NCBI RefSeq assembly: GCF_049651565.1
Contig: NZ_JBASCI010000120.1
Span: 1-48,929 of the forward strand
Source: Brooklawnia sp.
GTDB taxonomy: Bacteria; Actinomycetota; Actinomycetes; Propionibacteriales; Propionibacteriaceae
Direction of reading: 5' to 3'
Length of the DNA stretch: 48,929 nt
In this document: positions 1 through 10,337 of the stretch, piece after piece
Position numbering within the stretch: the stretch's first letter is position 1
Layout of the letters: each line of letters starts with the position of its first letter
Translations under genes and position numbers: made by a program
Notes under the pieces: model-generated
What the model was told of the DNA's origin: nothing
Database searches by the model: none
Seen by the model: only the letters and a program-made list of their open reading frames with translations

Positions 1-1393
<1,393 letters not shown>

Positions 1394-2203
1394 TGGCACC
1401 ACGTCAGCGAGTTCCCGATCGAAGATGGTGGCCGTGGGCCCAAGCAGCTGACCGGGATGGTCGACCTCACTCCCGATGAGTACGGCAACCCTAGGGCGCG
1501 GCTGCTGGACCTGGTGCCCGGCCGGTCCGGGAAGGCCTACAGCGACTGGCTCAAAGAGCGTGGCGAGGACTTCCGCGACGGTGTCGAGGTCGCCACCCTC
1601 GACCCGTTCCACGGCTACAAGAACGCCATCGACGACCAGCTCGAGGACGCCACCGCCGTGCTCGACGCCTTCCATGTGGTCAACCTCGGCACCCAGGCCG
1701 TCGACGAAGTGAGGCGCCGGGTCCAGCAGGAGATCCACGGCCACCGCGGCCGCAAGAACGACCCGCTCTACGGCATCAGGATGATCCTGCGCTGCGGCCA
1801 GGAGAAGCTCACCGACCGCCAGCGCGCACGCCTCGACAAGGCGATCGCCGCCGACGAACGTCACGACGAGGTGCTCGTCGCCTGGCTGTGTGCCCAACAG
1901 CTCCGGTCGGCCTACAAGGCCACGAGCCCGGTCGAAGGCCGGCGGATCGCCGAGAAGGTCCTCGCCAGCCTGCCGACCTGCCCGATCCCGGAGATCAAGC
2001 GACTCGGGAAGACCCTCAAGCAGTGGCGGGAAGCGTTCCTGGCCTACTTCGACACCGGCCGCGCCAACAACGGCGGCACCGAAGCGATCAACGGCCTGAT
2101 CGAGCTCCACCGCCGCATCGCCCGCGGCTTCCGTAACCGCGAGCACTACCGGCTACGCATGCTGCTCATCGGCGGCGGACTCGCCCACCCCCACCTCAGG
2201 TAG
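1394..2203 (+). CDS. ISL3-family transposase, 3' exon (interrupted by the intron)
   Basis: In frame from 1394: WHH...RGPKQLTGMVDLT...LLDLVPGRSG...TLDPFHGYKNA...VLDAFHVV...NGGTEAINGLIE...RGFRN. This is the DDE_Tnp_ISL3 pattern. Confidence 0.92.
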   Translation, partial: WHHVSEFPIEDGGRGPKQLTGMVDLTPDEYGNPRARLLDLVPGRSGKAYSDWLKERGEDFRDGVEVATLDPFHGYKNAIDDQLEDATAVLDAFHVVNLGTQAVDEVRRRVQQEIHGHRGRKNDPLYGIRMILRCGQEKLTDRQRARLDKAIAADERHDEVLVAWLCAQQLRSAYKATSPVEGRRIAEKVLASLPTCPIPEIKRLGKTLKQWREAFLAYFDTGRANNGGTEAINGLIELHRRIARGFRNREHYRLRMLLIGGGLAHPHLR

Positions 2204-2211
2204 GAAGAGCC
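1394..2211 (+). mobile_element. ISL3-family IS, right part; terminus ...TAGGAAGAGCC at 2211
   Basis: GAAGAGCC lies just after the transposase stop. Its reverse complement GGCTCTTC is the typical ISL3 terminus. The left end is outside the window. Confidence 0.8.
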
Positions 2212-2724
2212 GGATTCGGGCCCACGACAGCGCTGCTCGTCGGAGTCGCACTGGGTGCAGCCCGGATGATCTACACGGTCGTTCGAGCCAGGCGGGTCGA
2301 GCCGCTCTCAGCCCTGGTGGTCCTCCTCCTGCTCGCTGGCACCGTGGTTGGCCTGCTCGACGGTGATCCCCGGGTCGTGATGGCCCGGGGAAGTTGGGTC
2401 ACTGTGGTCGTGGGGTTGTGGCTTCTCGGCTCGCTCCTCGCCACACGCCCGGCGGTGTTCACCGCGACGATGCCGTTCCTGCCGGCCGCGACCGCGACGG
2501 AGTGGGAGGACGCATGGCAGAACGAGCCGAGGTTCCGATCTCTCATGCGCCGGATGACCCTCGCCTTCGGCGCGGCGTTCCTCATCGACGCAGGGGCGCG
2601 CCTGGTGATGGCGTTCACCCTGCCCCTGGACAGCGTTCCGGTTCTGAGCAGTCTGTTGCTCGTGGCCATGCTGGGATGTGTTGTCCTGCTCGGCAGACAC
2701 CTGGCGCGGCGGCCCGCCACTTAA
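2212..2724 (+). pseudogene. VC0807-like membrane protein, N-terminus cut off by the IS
   Basis: The frame is open from the IS end (GFGPTTALLVGVALG...) into hydrophobic helices with the GDPRVVMARGS and F..LMRRMT..FG...DAGARL patterns. Confidence 0.65.
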
Positions 2725-2967
2725 CCGAGCAGAGCCGATGGGTAGCACGCGGATCTAAAAGTGGGCCGTCACCCCACGTCGCCAGGGGTGTGAGAACTTG
2801 GGCCAGAAGTTCTCGGCCACACCGGGCACCCGTCCCTCGGACTGGGATGAGCGGCACTGTCTGCCGCTGGCGGAACGCACCGAGGACCTGTCCCGCATTC
2901 CCTATGTGTCACATGGCTCGAACCGGGTGCTGCGGCAACGGGGACTTGGAGATGTGGCGGCGGTTGC

Positions 2968-3567
2968 TCAGGCCGCAGTGACCCGCGCGTGGGTCGCCAT
3001 TCCGGCCAGGAAGGTGTCCACTTGGGCGTGGGCGATGTCGCGTTGCTCCTGAAGCGGTAGCCCGATCGGCAATGGGCGCCCGAAGCGCAGCACGGCATAG
3101 ACGATCTCCTCAGCCCCGCGGGCAGCGTTGATCTCCCCATTGGCGCGGGCGGCGTCAACCAGTGCGGACATGAGGGCCTCGGCGCGGACTCGGCGGTCGG
3201 GCCAGCTGGGTGACTCGAGTAGGGGGTAGATGATGCTCAGGGCGCCCAGGCCGACGTCGATCGAGGAGTGCAGGTAGCGTCCCAGTGCGCCCTGCCCCTC
3301 GGCGGTTTCGGCAAGCGCCCTTTCTCCCGCCTCGATGGCGCGGTCGAGCAGGTCGAGTGCGACCGCCATGAGGAGGTCCTGCTGGCTGGGGAAGTGCCTG
3401 TAGATCGTGCCGATCCCCACCCCGGCTCGGTGGGCGATGGAGTCGCGGGTCGGCTCGCCACCAACCTCGAGCACGAGGTCGATGGTGGCATCCAGAAGCC
3501 GCCGCCGATTGCGTCGTGCGTCGGCGCGACCCGGCGCCCTCTGCTCGATGCTCTCCCTCGCCGGCAT
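2968..3567 (-). CDS. TetR-family transcriptional regulator
   Basis: N-terminal TetR HTH: RADARRNRRRLLDA...IAHRAGVGIGTIYRHFP. Divergent from the MFS gene. Confidence 0.93.
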   Translation of the reverse strand: MPARESIEQRAPGRADARRNRRRLLDATIDLVLEVGGEPTRDSIAHRAGVGIGTIYRHFPSQQDLLMAVALDLLDRAIEAGERALAETAEGQGALGRYLHSSIDVGLGALSIIYPLLESPSWPDRRVRAEALMSALVDAARANGEINAARGAEEIVYAVLRFGRPLPIGLPLQEQRDIAHAQVDTFLAGMATHARVTAA

Positions 3568-3569
3568 AA

Positions 3570-3629
3570 ACGGAGACTAGCACTCCGTGTCACTTGCCTG
3601 ATCCCCTCAAAGCGGAGTAGGATCCTCCG
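3570..3629. promoter_or_regulatory. Two CGGAG-N7-CTCCG palindromes (probable TetR operators) over divergent promoters
   Basis: ACGGAG-actagca-CTCCGT at 3570-3588 contains a minus-strand TAGTCT 6 nt before the tetR ATG, a leaderless layout. CGGAG-taggatc-CTCCG at 3613-3629 contains a plus-strand TAGGAT with TTGCCT 18 nt upstream. Confidence 0.7.
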
Positions 3630-3885
3630 ATTGTGGTTTCCCCTGTCGTGCGCAGGGGGCTGCCGCCGGAGCGGAGGAGGGGTGCTCTGTCTGAGGTTGA
3701 GGGCCGACGCTCCTAGCGCTGCACCCGTCCAATGACACCGAGCTAGGAGGGCATTCGGTGAGAAGGCCTACTGCAGCGGCGTGGTCGTCAGGCGCTAGTG
3801 CCGAGGCGAGTAGACCCGCAAGCTCCTGGGAAGTCCGATTGCCCGCAGCAGGGACCTTTGCGCCCGCCATCACGAAGGAATTGGT

Positions 3886-5412
3886 TTGTCTGTCTCTTTG
3901 GCTCGTTCTGGCCCATCTCGGCTGACCGTGGTGTGGACGGTGGTCCTCGGTGCGGTCATGGTGCCGGTCGATGCGACCATCGTGAACGTCGCGATCACGA
4001 AGCTGGCGGCCGCGACGGGGGCGTCGCTGCCGGTCATCCAGTGGGTGAGCACCGGGTATGCGTTGGCCTTGGCCACCGTCCTCCCGGTGGCGGCGTGGTT
4101 GATCAACCGGTTCTCGTCCCGGACTGTGTTCCTCGCCGCGGTCGCGGTGTTCGCGGCCGGCTCAGCTTTGGTCGCGGCGTCGTGGAATGTGGAGTCTCTC
4201 ATCGCCTTCCGGGTCGTGCAGGGCTTGGCCGGCGGGGTGGTCACCCCGGCGGCGATGACCCTGGTGCTGGGCTCGACGCCGCCGGCGGAGCGGGGTCGGG
4301 CGATGGCGCTGCTCGGGCTGCCGCTCATGCTGGGCCCGATCCTTGCGCCGGTCCTCGGCGGGTGGCTGCTGGACACCGTGTCCTGGCGGTGGATGTTCCT
4401 GATCAACCTGCCGATCGGTGCCGCCGCCATAGGGCTAGGCATGCGGAACCTGCCCGCACTAACGGCGACCCCACAGGGCCGGCTGGACTGGCGCGGCCTG
4501 GCGCTGCTGCCTCCCGCGTTGGCCGCCCTGGTCTTGGGGACCTCGCTCATGACCCCAGGCGCCCTCCCGCCCACCGTGGTTGTCCTGTTCGCGGTCGGCG
4601 CGGTCCTCATCACCGCGTTCGTGGTCCATGCGCTACGGGCCCCGGCACCGTTGCTGGACCTGCGACTGTTCGGTGACCGGCTGGTCGGCGGGGCGGCCGC
4701 TGTCCTGTTCCTGTACACGGGGGCCACCATGGCCGGGCTCATCCTCATGCCCCTGTACTGGCAGGTCGCCCAGGGCGAGCCCGCCCTGACGACTGGCCTG
4801 CTCATGGCCCCGGCCGCAGTCGTGGCCGCCGCGGTGATCCGATCCTCTGGGACCCTCATCGACAGCCGCACCCCGCTACAGGTCATCGGCGCCGGCATCG
4901 CGCTCTCCCTGCTCGCCCAAGCCGGCCTCGCCATCGCGTTCACCGCCGGCGCAGCCACCTGGATGATCGCGGCCCTGTGGGCACTGCACTCCCTCGGGTC
5001 GGCGTTCGTCATCATGCCCGGCTCCACCACCGCCGTCCGCCACCTCACCGGCCCGCAGGTCCCCTCTGCCACCACCGCGCTGCAGGTAAGCGCCCAAATC
5101 GCCGCAGCAGCTTGCGTCGCCGCCGTCTCGGTGCTGCTCACCGCCCGGCTCGGGGTGCGTCTGCCCACGGGGCCAGCGACCGTCGCCGAGCTGGCCGCAC
5201 TGTCCCCGACCGCCCGCGCCCAGGTCGGCCCGCAGGTCGCGGCGGCCTTCGGTGACGTCGCCTGGCTGCCGACTGCGCTCATGCTCGCCGCCGGCCTGCT
5301 CGCCCTGGTCGTCTTTCGCGGCATCCCCGCACCTCAGGCCCACCGGGTGACGGCCTCCTCGGTGGTCCCCGTCGCCGAGGAGTCGGCGACGGAGGGGACC
5401 ACGCGCCCGTGA
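3886..5412 (+). CDS. DHA2 (EmrB/QacA-type) MFS efflux permease
   Basis: DATIVNVA, QWVSTGYALA, FRVVQGLAGG, WRWMFLINLPIG and PLLDLRLF motifs, with about 14 hydrophobic segments. TTG start after GAAGGAA. Confidence 0.93.
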   Translation: MSVSLARSGPSRLTVVWTVVLGAVMVPVDATIVNVAITKLAAATGASLPVIQWVSTGYALALATVLPVAAWLINRFSSRTVFLAAVAVFAAGSALVAASWNVESLIAFRVVQGLAGGVVTPAAMTLVLGSTPPAERGRAMALLGLPLMLGPILAPVLGGWLLDTVSWRWMFLINLPIGAAAIGLGMRNLPALTATPQGRLDWRGLALLPPALAALVLGTSLMTPGALPPTVVVLFAVGAVLITAFVVHALRAPAPLLDLRLFGDRLVGGAAAVLFLYTGATMAGLILMPLYWQVAQGEPALTTGLLMAPAAVVAAAVIRSSGTLIDSRTPLQVIGAGIALSLLAQAGLAIAFTAGAATWMIAALWALHSLGSAFVIMPGSTTAVRHLTGPQVPSATTALQVSAQIAAAACVAAVSVLLTARLGVRLPTGPATVAELAALSPTARAQVGPQVAAAFGDVAWLPTALMLAAGLLALVVFRGIPAPQAHRVTASSVVPVAEESATEGTTRP

Positions 5413-5452
5413 CCGGCTCGGCTTACCTGTCGTATGTTGTGAAGGAGACCCG

Positions 5453-6517
5453 TTGACGGCGCCGCCCGTGTTCGACCTGCCCACCCGTTTGGCCGCCAAG
5501 GCAGGCGACGATCTGACCGGGGCCGACGAGGCCCACTTCACAGCCATGGCTGCGGCCCTGGACGAGATGACCGCCGACCTGAAACGGCAGCTCGACCAGC
5601 TCCGGCAGGCTCCCGCCCGGGCCGGGCAGGAGTTGCTCGAACGCGACCTGCAGACCCAACGGCTGGCCGCGCGCCTGCGGCTGCTGGGACGCTACCGGCT
5701 CGATGTGTGTCTGGGCCGGATGGTCACCACCGACGGCCAGGTCGTCTATGTCGGGCGGGTCGGGATCAAGGACACCACCGGCGGGCAGCTGCTCGTGGAC
5801 TGGCGTTCCCCGGCCGCCGGACCGTTCTTCGCGGCCACCTTGGCTCAGCCGATGGGTCTGGCCAGCCGGCGCCGATACCGCTGGGCAGGAGGCCAGATCG
5901 TCGACTACTGGGACGAGCTCTTCACACCGGGTAGCGCCCGCGGGCTCGCCCCCGATCGTGACTCGGCGCTGCTGGCCAGCCTGGCCCAGGCCCGCACCCC
6001 CCGGATGCAGGACGTCCTCGGCACGATCGCGGCCGACCAGGACGCCATCGTCCGAGCCGACGCCCACGGCCCGCTGCTCGTGGACGGCGGCCCGGGGACG
6101 GGCAAGACCGTCGTCGCGCTGCACCGCGCGGCCTACCTGCTGTATGCCGACCCGCGACTGGCCCGCGGCGGGTCCGGAGTGCTGGTCCTTGGCCCGCACC
6201 GTCCCTACCTGTCGTACATCGCCGACGTGCTGCCCAGCCTCGGCGAGGACGGGGTCCAAGTCGCCACCCTGACCGACCTGGTCCCCGAGGCATCCACGGC
6301 TGCGCCAGAACCCGACCCGGCCGTCGCCGACCTGAAGGCCCGCACCGACATGGTCGCCGCGATCGAACCCGCTGTCGCGCTCTACGAGGAGCCCCCGACC
6401 GATCACGTACAGGTCGAGACCCCCTGGGGCAGCGCCACCCTCTCGCCCCGTGACTGGGCCGACGCGTTCGCCGCCGTCGAGCCGGGCACCCCGCACAACG
6501 AGGCCCGAGGCCAGATC
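5453..6517 (+). pseudogene. helR: HelR/HelD-like RNA polymerase-associated ATPase, 3'-truncated
   Basis: YVGRVG, LLVDWRSPAA.PFF, RRRYRW...DYWDE, MQDVLGTI..DQDAIVR and Walker A GGPGTGKT. Similarity ends at PHNEARGQI; the rest of ORF 5453..7138 is off-frame read-through. Confidence 0.85.
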
Positions 6518-6795
6518 TACGCGTCCACGTCCAGCTCGACCTGGCGGACGTCGCCGAGAACGAGTTCATCGAGGGGGTCATGCGCGTCACCGGGCGGCTC
6601 CAGGACGGCATCGAGCCGTTCGAGACCGGCCTGCGAGTCGAGTTCCACGACGAAGCCGACGGCCGCACCCGCATCGAGATCCGCCAGTGGCTCCCCGGCC
6701 GTATCGCGGCGTCGGCCGAGCAAGGGTGGCGAGAAGCGTTCGCCAAACTCGACGTCGCGCTCGCCCGCGCCGGTGCCGCACAGGTCGAGGTGTAG
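6514..6795 (+). pseudogene. SRPBCC/AHSA1-like protein, C-terminal fragment
   Basis: The frame from 6514 reads DLRVHVQLDL...LRVEFHDEADGRTRIEIRQ...EQGWREAFAKLD, a typical SRPBCC C-terminus. No N-terminal half is present. Confidence 0.7.
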
Positions 6796-6798
6796 GAC

Positions 6799-7209
6799 AT
6801 GGCCAAGCTCATCTACATCAACAACGTGTCCCTCGACGGCTACTTCGAGGACCGGCACGGCGTCTACGACTTCGGATCGATGGACGACGACGTGTTCACT
6901 GCGTACATCGGCCTGTTGCGAACCGTGGGGACCTTCCTCTACGGGCGCCGCCTGTACGAGACGATGGCCCCCTGGGAGACCCTGCCCGCCCTGGCCGCAC
7001 AGTCGTCCCTCACCGCGGAGTTCTCCGACGTCTGGAAAGCGCCACGCAAGATCGTCTACTCCTCAACCCTGGCGACGGCACAGACAGCCAACACCAGCAT
7101 CGAACGCACCTTCGACACCACCGCCGTACAACAACTGAAGGCCGACGCCAGCCGCGACCTCACAGTGGGAGGCGCCAACCTCGCATCACAAGCCCTCAAC
7201 GCCGGCCTC
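6799..7209 (+). pseudogene. Dihydrofolate reductase/RibD C-terminal family protein, 3'-truncated
   Basis: MAKLIY...SLDGY...LYGRRLYETM...KIVYSSTL...GGANLASQALNAGL. The expected VDE... continuation is missing. Confidence 0.8.
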
Positions 7210-7210
7210 A

Positions 7211-7954
7211 GGAGTCCGAGCCCTGATCCCCGGCGACGCTCATTGGCCCGGTGCCCTCAACGACTTGGGGGAAGCTGCACCGTACGTGCTGTGGGTTCGC
7301 GGCGCGTCCTCCTTCCTGTCTCGTCCGTTGCGCGACTTCGTGACGATCACCGGAGCGCGGGCGTCTACCTCGTACGGGGATCATGTAGCTCGCGAGCTCG
7401 CTGCCTCCGTCGCTGCTGACGACCGAGTTGTCGTTGCCGGGGGTGCCTACGGGATCGAAGGAGTTGCACATCAGACTGCTCTCGCAACCGGCGGCGATAC
7501 CATCGCCGTTCTCGCCAACGGGGTTGACCGGCCTTACCCTGCTGGGCACCGCGACCTTCTCGACCGCGTGGCAGATGGGGTGCTGGTCAGCGAGGTTCCG
7601 CCAGGTACTGTTCCAACCCGACATCGCTTCATCGCTCGGGCGCGCTTGATGGCGGCGCTCTCGTCGGCGACGGTTCTTGTCGAGGCCGGATTCCGCTCGG
7701 GCTCGCTGGCGGTGGCGCATCGCGCCTCGGAGCTGGGTCGAGGAGTGGGAGCAGTCCCCGGGCCGGTGACGAGCGCATCGAGTGCGGGACCGCACAGTCT
7801 GTTGCAGACCGGCGTCGCGTGGCTGGTGGCCGATTCGGCAGACCTTTCGGGTCTCGCGGAACACCAGGGCTCGCGTCAGGCGTCGGCGTTGCGAGCGGAA
7901 CTTGGCGGGGGTCAGGCTCGACGGTCCGCATCCGAGCCCGCACGGACCCTTTAG
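7211..7954 (+). pseudogene. dprA: DprA/Smf DNA-processing protein, 5'-truncated
   Basis: The frame from 7211 reads LIPGDAHWP..LNDLG..APYVLWVRG...ITGARAST.YG...GGAYGIE...VLVEAG.RSGSL...GAVPGPVTS. It starts abruptly at the DHFR-like junction. Confidence 0.85.
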
Positions 7955-7991
7955 GGATGATCTACCCAGTGCGGCAGGCTGGCACCCGAGG

Positions 7992-8360
7992 TCAGTGCTC
8001 ACTGCGAGCAAACTCGGGCAGCGCTGCCGCGCCGCCACTCTCGCGCTGACGCCGCGCACGGCGTTCGCGAGCGCGAACCTTCACGAGCATCACGAGACTC
8101 ATTGGACCGAAGAGCGTCATCTTGAGCGCGTTCCATATGCAGACCAACACGACGAGGTGAAGCCACCCGGGGCCGCCGTCGCCGATGAGGGTGGTGCACC
8201 AGTGGGCGACAGCCACGTAGGGAACAGCCAGGAGCATCGCTGGGATGCCCCACTTGAGTCCCTGCCTTGTGCGGAGCAGATCAAGGACGATGTTGCTCGG
8301 CATGTAGCGCCGGAGGAAGTATCGGACCTCGATGCTCGTGGTCCACAGTAGGCGGATCAT
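7992..8360 (-). CDS. Small membrane protein (2 predicted TM), function unknown
   Basis: 122 aa with SD GAGAGGAG, two hydrophobic helices and a basic C-terminus. Confidence 0.7.
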   Translation of the reverse strand: MIRLLWTTSIEVRYFLRRYMPSNIVLDLLRTRQGLKWGIPAMLLAVPYVAVAHWCTTLIGDGGPGWLHLVVLVCIWNALKMTLFGPMSLVMLVKVRARERRARRQRESGGAAALPEFARSEH

Positions 8361-8497
8361 GATGGGCTCCTCTCAACACGCGCCTGCTTCGTCGAGACGG
8401 TGCGTGGAGAGCGACCCGAAGGTCTGCCGCGAACGGCCCAAAGGTAAGGAGAAATCCGCCTCAACCTCAAGCCTACGTCGGTGCAGTGGTATTGGAA

Positions 8498-8535
8498 AGG
8501 GGGCGCCCGGGTCTGGCGTCCAGGCTGCGCCCCCT
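8498..8535 (-). terminator. Probable terminator hairpin of the CBASS operon
   Basis: AGGGGGCGC...GCGCCCCCT stem about 50 nt after the cap2 stop, ending in a short T run on the minus strand. Confidence 0.45.
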
Positions 8536-8582
8536 AGCGTCGGCTCGCGAACGGCGAGGACGCGCGGCAGATCGGGCGACCG

Positions 8583-10337
8583 CTACCTAGGATTGTCCGC
8601 CGGGAGCGGAACGAAGTGGTGCCTTGGCCCCGATGGCGCGTGAGGCAGAGCGATGAGGTGCGTTCCCGAGACGATAGGCGGTGTCTGCTGTAGGTGGAGG
8701 CCGATCATGTTCACGAGCGTTGCAGCCACGGCGGCGAGGTCTGCGGCTGAACCGTGGAAGGTGGGTACGGAGCACCCTCGCGTTGGGATCAGTTCGTCAC
8801 CGTCGGCCGCTTCTTGCCATAGCGGATGGTAGAGCTCAAGTCCACCTTCAGCGAGTACGGTATTCCCTGCGCGCTCGTCGATAGCAGATGGCGTGAGCTC
8901 GGAATCGGGTGCGCAGATGTTGGCGATGCCGACGGTCCCGGAGCCTGCGTCCGTAGCCACCTGAGCGATGACAGCCTTCCGCTCCACACCAGCAAGCGCG
9001 TCGAGGCAGGTCGTGACGCTGTGGCTCACGGTCGCATCGACGATGAGATCAGCCGCGAGGGCATCAACCGAATCGGGCATGCTCCCCTCGGCGACAGTGA
9101 CGCTGAGGTCATCACGAACCGCCCGAAGCCGCGTAGCCAGAGCGTCGGCCTTCGTCCGACCGATGTCGGCCTCCGTGTAGTTCTGTCGCACGAGAAGTCC
9201 GCCAGTGACGACGCCGGGGTCACAGACAGTGATGTGGGTGGCTCCAGCGCGCGCAATGAACTCAGCCACCCATGACCCCAGACCACCGCACCCCCAGACA
9301 TGAACAGACTTCCCCTGGAATCCGTTGACAGGACGGTTGTCGTCGCGTCGGGTAGTAACTGCTTCTCGTTCGTCTGACATGTTGCACCATTCGATGGGGA
9401 TGTCGGCGTTGATGATCGCTGGATCGAGGTTGATTGCGGTGCCATGCCTCCGGGCGATGCGTCGCAGGGCATCGGCGATCGTGGCAGGAAGGCGACCGCC
9501 GAGCAGGTGATGCGGCCCACCTGCAGGGTGGGGTACAGCAAGCACAAAGTACTGCCCGCTGCCATCGGCGTTCCGCAGACTACTGGAAAGTAGGGAGGTC
9601 ATGAACGCGGGCGACTGAGGTGACACTCGTGGTGGGCGTCCTTCGACTCGATCGAGGTACGGATCGTCCAGCAGTGTGAGAAAGAGCGCGAAAGTCGAGG
9701 CCGCGCCGAAGGGCAGGTCGCTGGCGAGCGTGAAGACGGGCGCGCGAAGTCCATCCCCGCCGGTCGAGTACGTGAGATCGTACCGATGAGCTGAGCGACG
9801 GATGAGCTGAGCGATCTGTCGCGGTTTCGTCGGTCCTGACTCGCGGACGACGATGGTGGGCGTGTCGACCGCGTGGTGAAGCACGCCACCGACTGCGTGA
9901 TACATCGCGGTCGAGGCGTCGAACACTCCGCCAGCGGCGTCAGTGAGCCATTGCCACAGTCGGCTGAGGAGCCCGGCCATCCCATCGGATGGGCGCCACT
10001 CGCGCGAGGGATCGAGGTAGATACAGAGCCGCTGGCCTTGGAGGACGTGCGGGAACCCGAGGAAGCGAGCGTGGTCAACTTCGATACTCGGAGGCAGGAA
10101 CAGCGAGGCGTGAATCCTGACGATGAACTCTTCGTCGTCGCCGAGTGTCAGCCCGCCCGGGCAGCGCGGGATGTCTGCGGTATGAAGTCGGATTCGGAGA
10201 GAGGCGTCGCCGACCGGGTCGAGTTGAGGTTGCTGAACGATCCGGACCTCACCGGAGTGCCCCCTGGTGAGCGCCTTCAGTTCGTCAACGAGTTGCTTCT
10301 GCCAGGCCGACAGCGTGGCCCGGTGGTGGCGGCTCAT
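8583..10337 (-). CDS. cap2: CBASS Cap2-like E2-E1 (ThiF) ubiquitin-transferase-like fusion
   Basis: N-terminal E2-like FPHV...LCIY...EWRP. C-terminal ThiF with VWGCGGLGS, LVRQNY...DIGRTKA, DATV and RGCSVPTF. ATGA overlap with the CD-NTase gene. Confidence 0.85.
   Translation of the reverse strand: MSRHHRATLSAWQKQLVDELKALTRGHSGEVRIVQQPQLDPVGDASLRIRLHTADIPRCPGGLTLGDDEEFIVRIHASLFLPPSIEVDHARFLGFPHVLQGQRLCIYLDPSREWRPSDGMAGLLSRLWQWLTDAAGGVFDASTAMYHAVGGVLHHAVDTPTIVVRESGPTKPRQIAQLIRRSAHRYDLTYSTGGDGLRAPVFTLASDLPFGAASTFALFLTLLDDPYLDRVEGRPPRVSPQSPAFMTSLLSSSLRNADGSGQYFVLAVPHPAGGPHHLLGGRLPATIADALRRIARRHGTAINLDPAIINADIPIEWCNMSDEREAVTTRRDDNRPVNGFQGKSVHVWGCGGLGSWVAEFIARAGATHITVCDPGVVTGGLLVRQNYTEADIGRTKADALATRLRAVRDDLSVTVAEGSMPDSVDALAADLIVDATVSHSVTTCLDALAGVERKAVIAQVATDAGSGTVGIANICAPDSELTPSAIDERAGNTVLAEGGLELYHPLWQEAADGDELIPTRGCSVPTFHGSAADLAAVAATLVNMIGLHLQQTPPIVSGTHLIALPHAPSGPRHHFVPLPADNPR

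Noticed and set aside
2725..2967. Small ORFs between the VC0807-like gene and tetR
   Set aside because: No SD, recognisable motif or convincing codon pattern.
5413..5452. Rifamycin-associated element upstream of helR
   Set aside because: No matching palindrome is visible in the 40-bp gap or before the MFS gene.
5453..7138. 561-aa ORF as a novel HelR fusion protein
   Set aside because: The tail after about 6517 is Ser/Arg/Pro-rich off-frame read-through across two other gene remnants.
6799..7419. 206-aa ORF as an intact DHFR-like protein
   Set aside because: Residues after NAGL are dprA sequence read out of frame.
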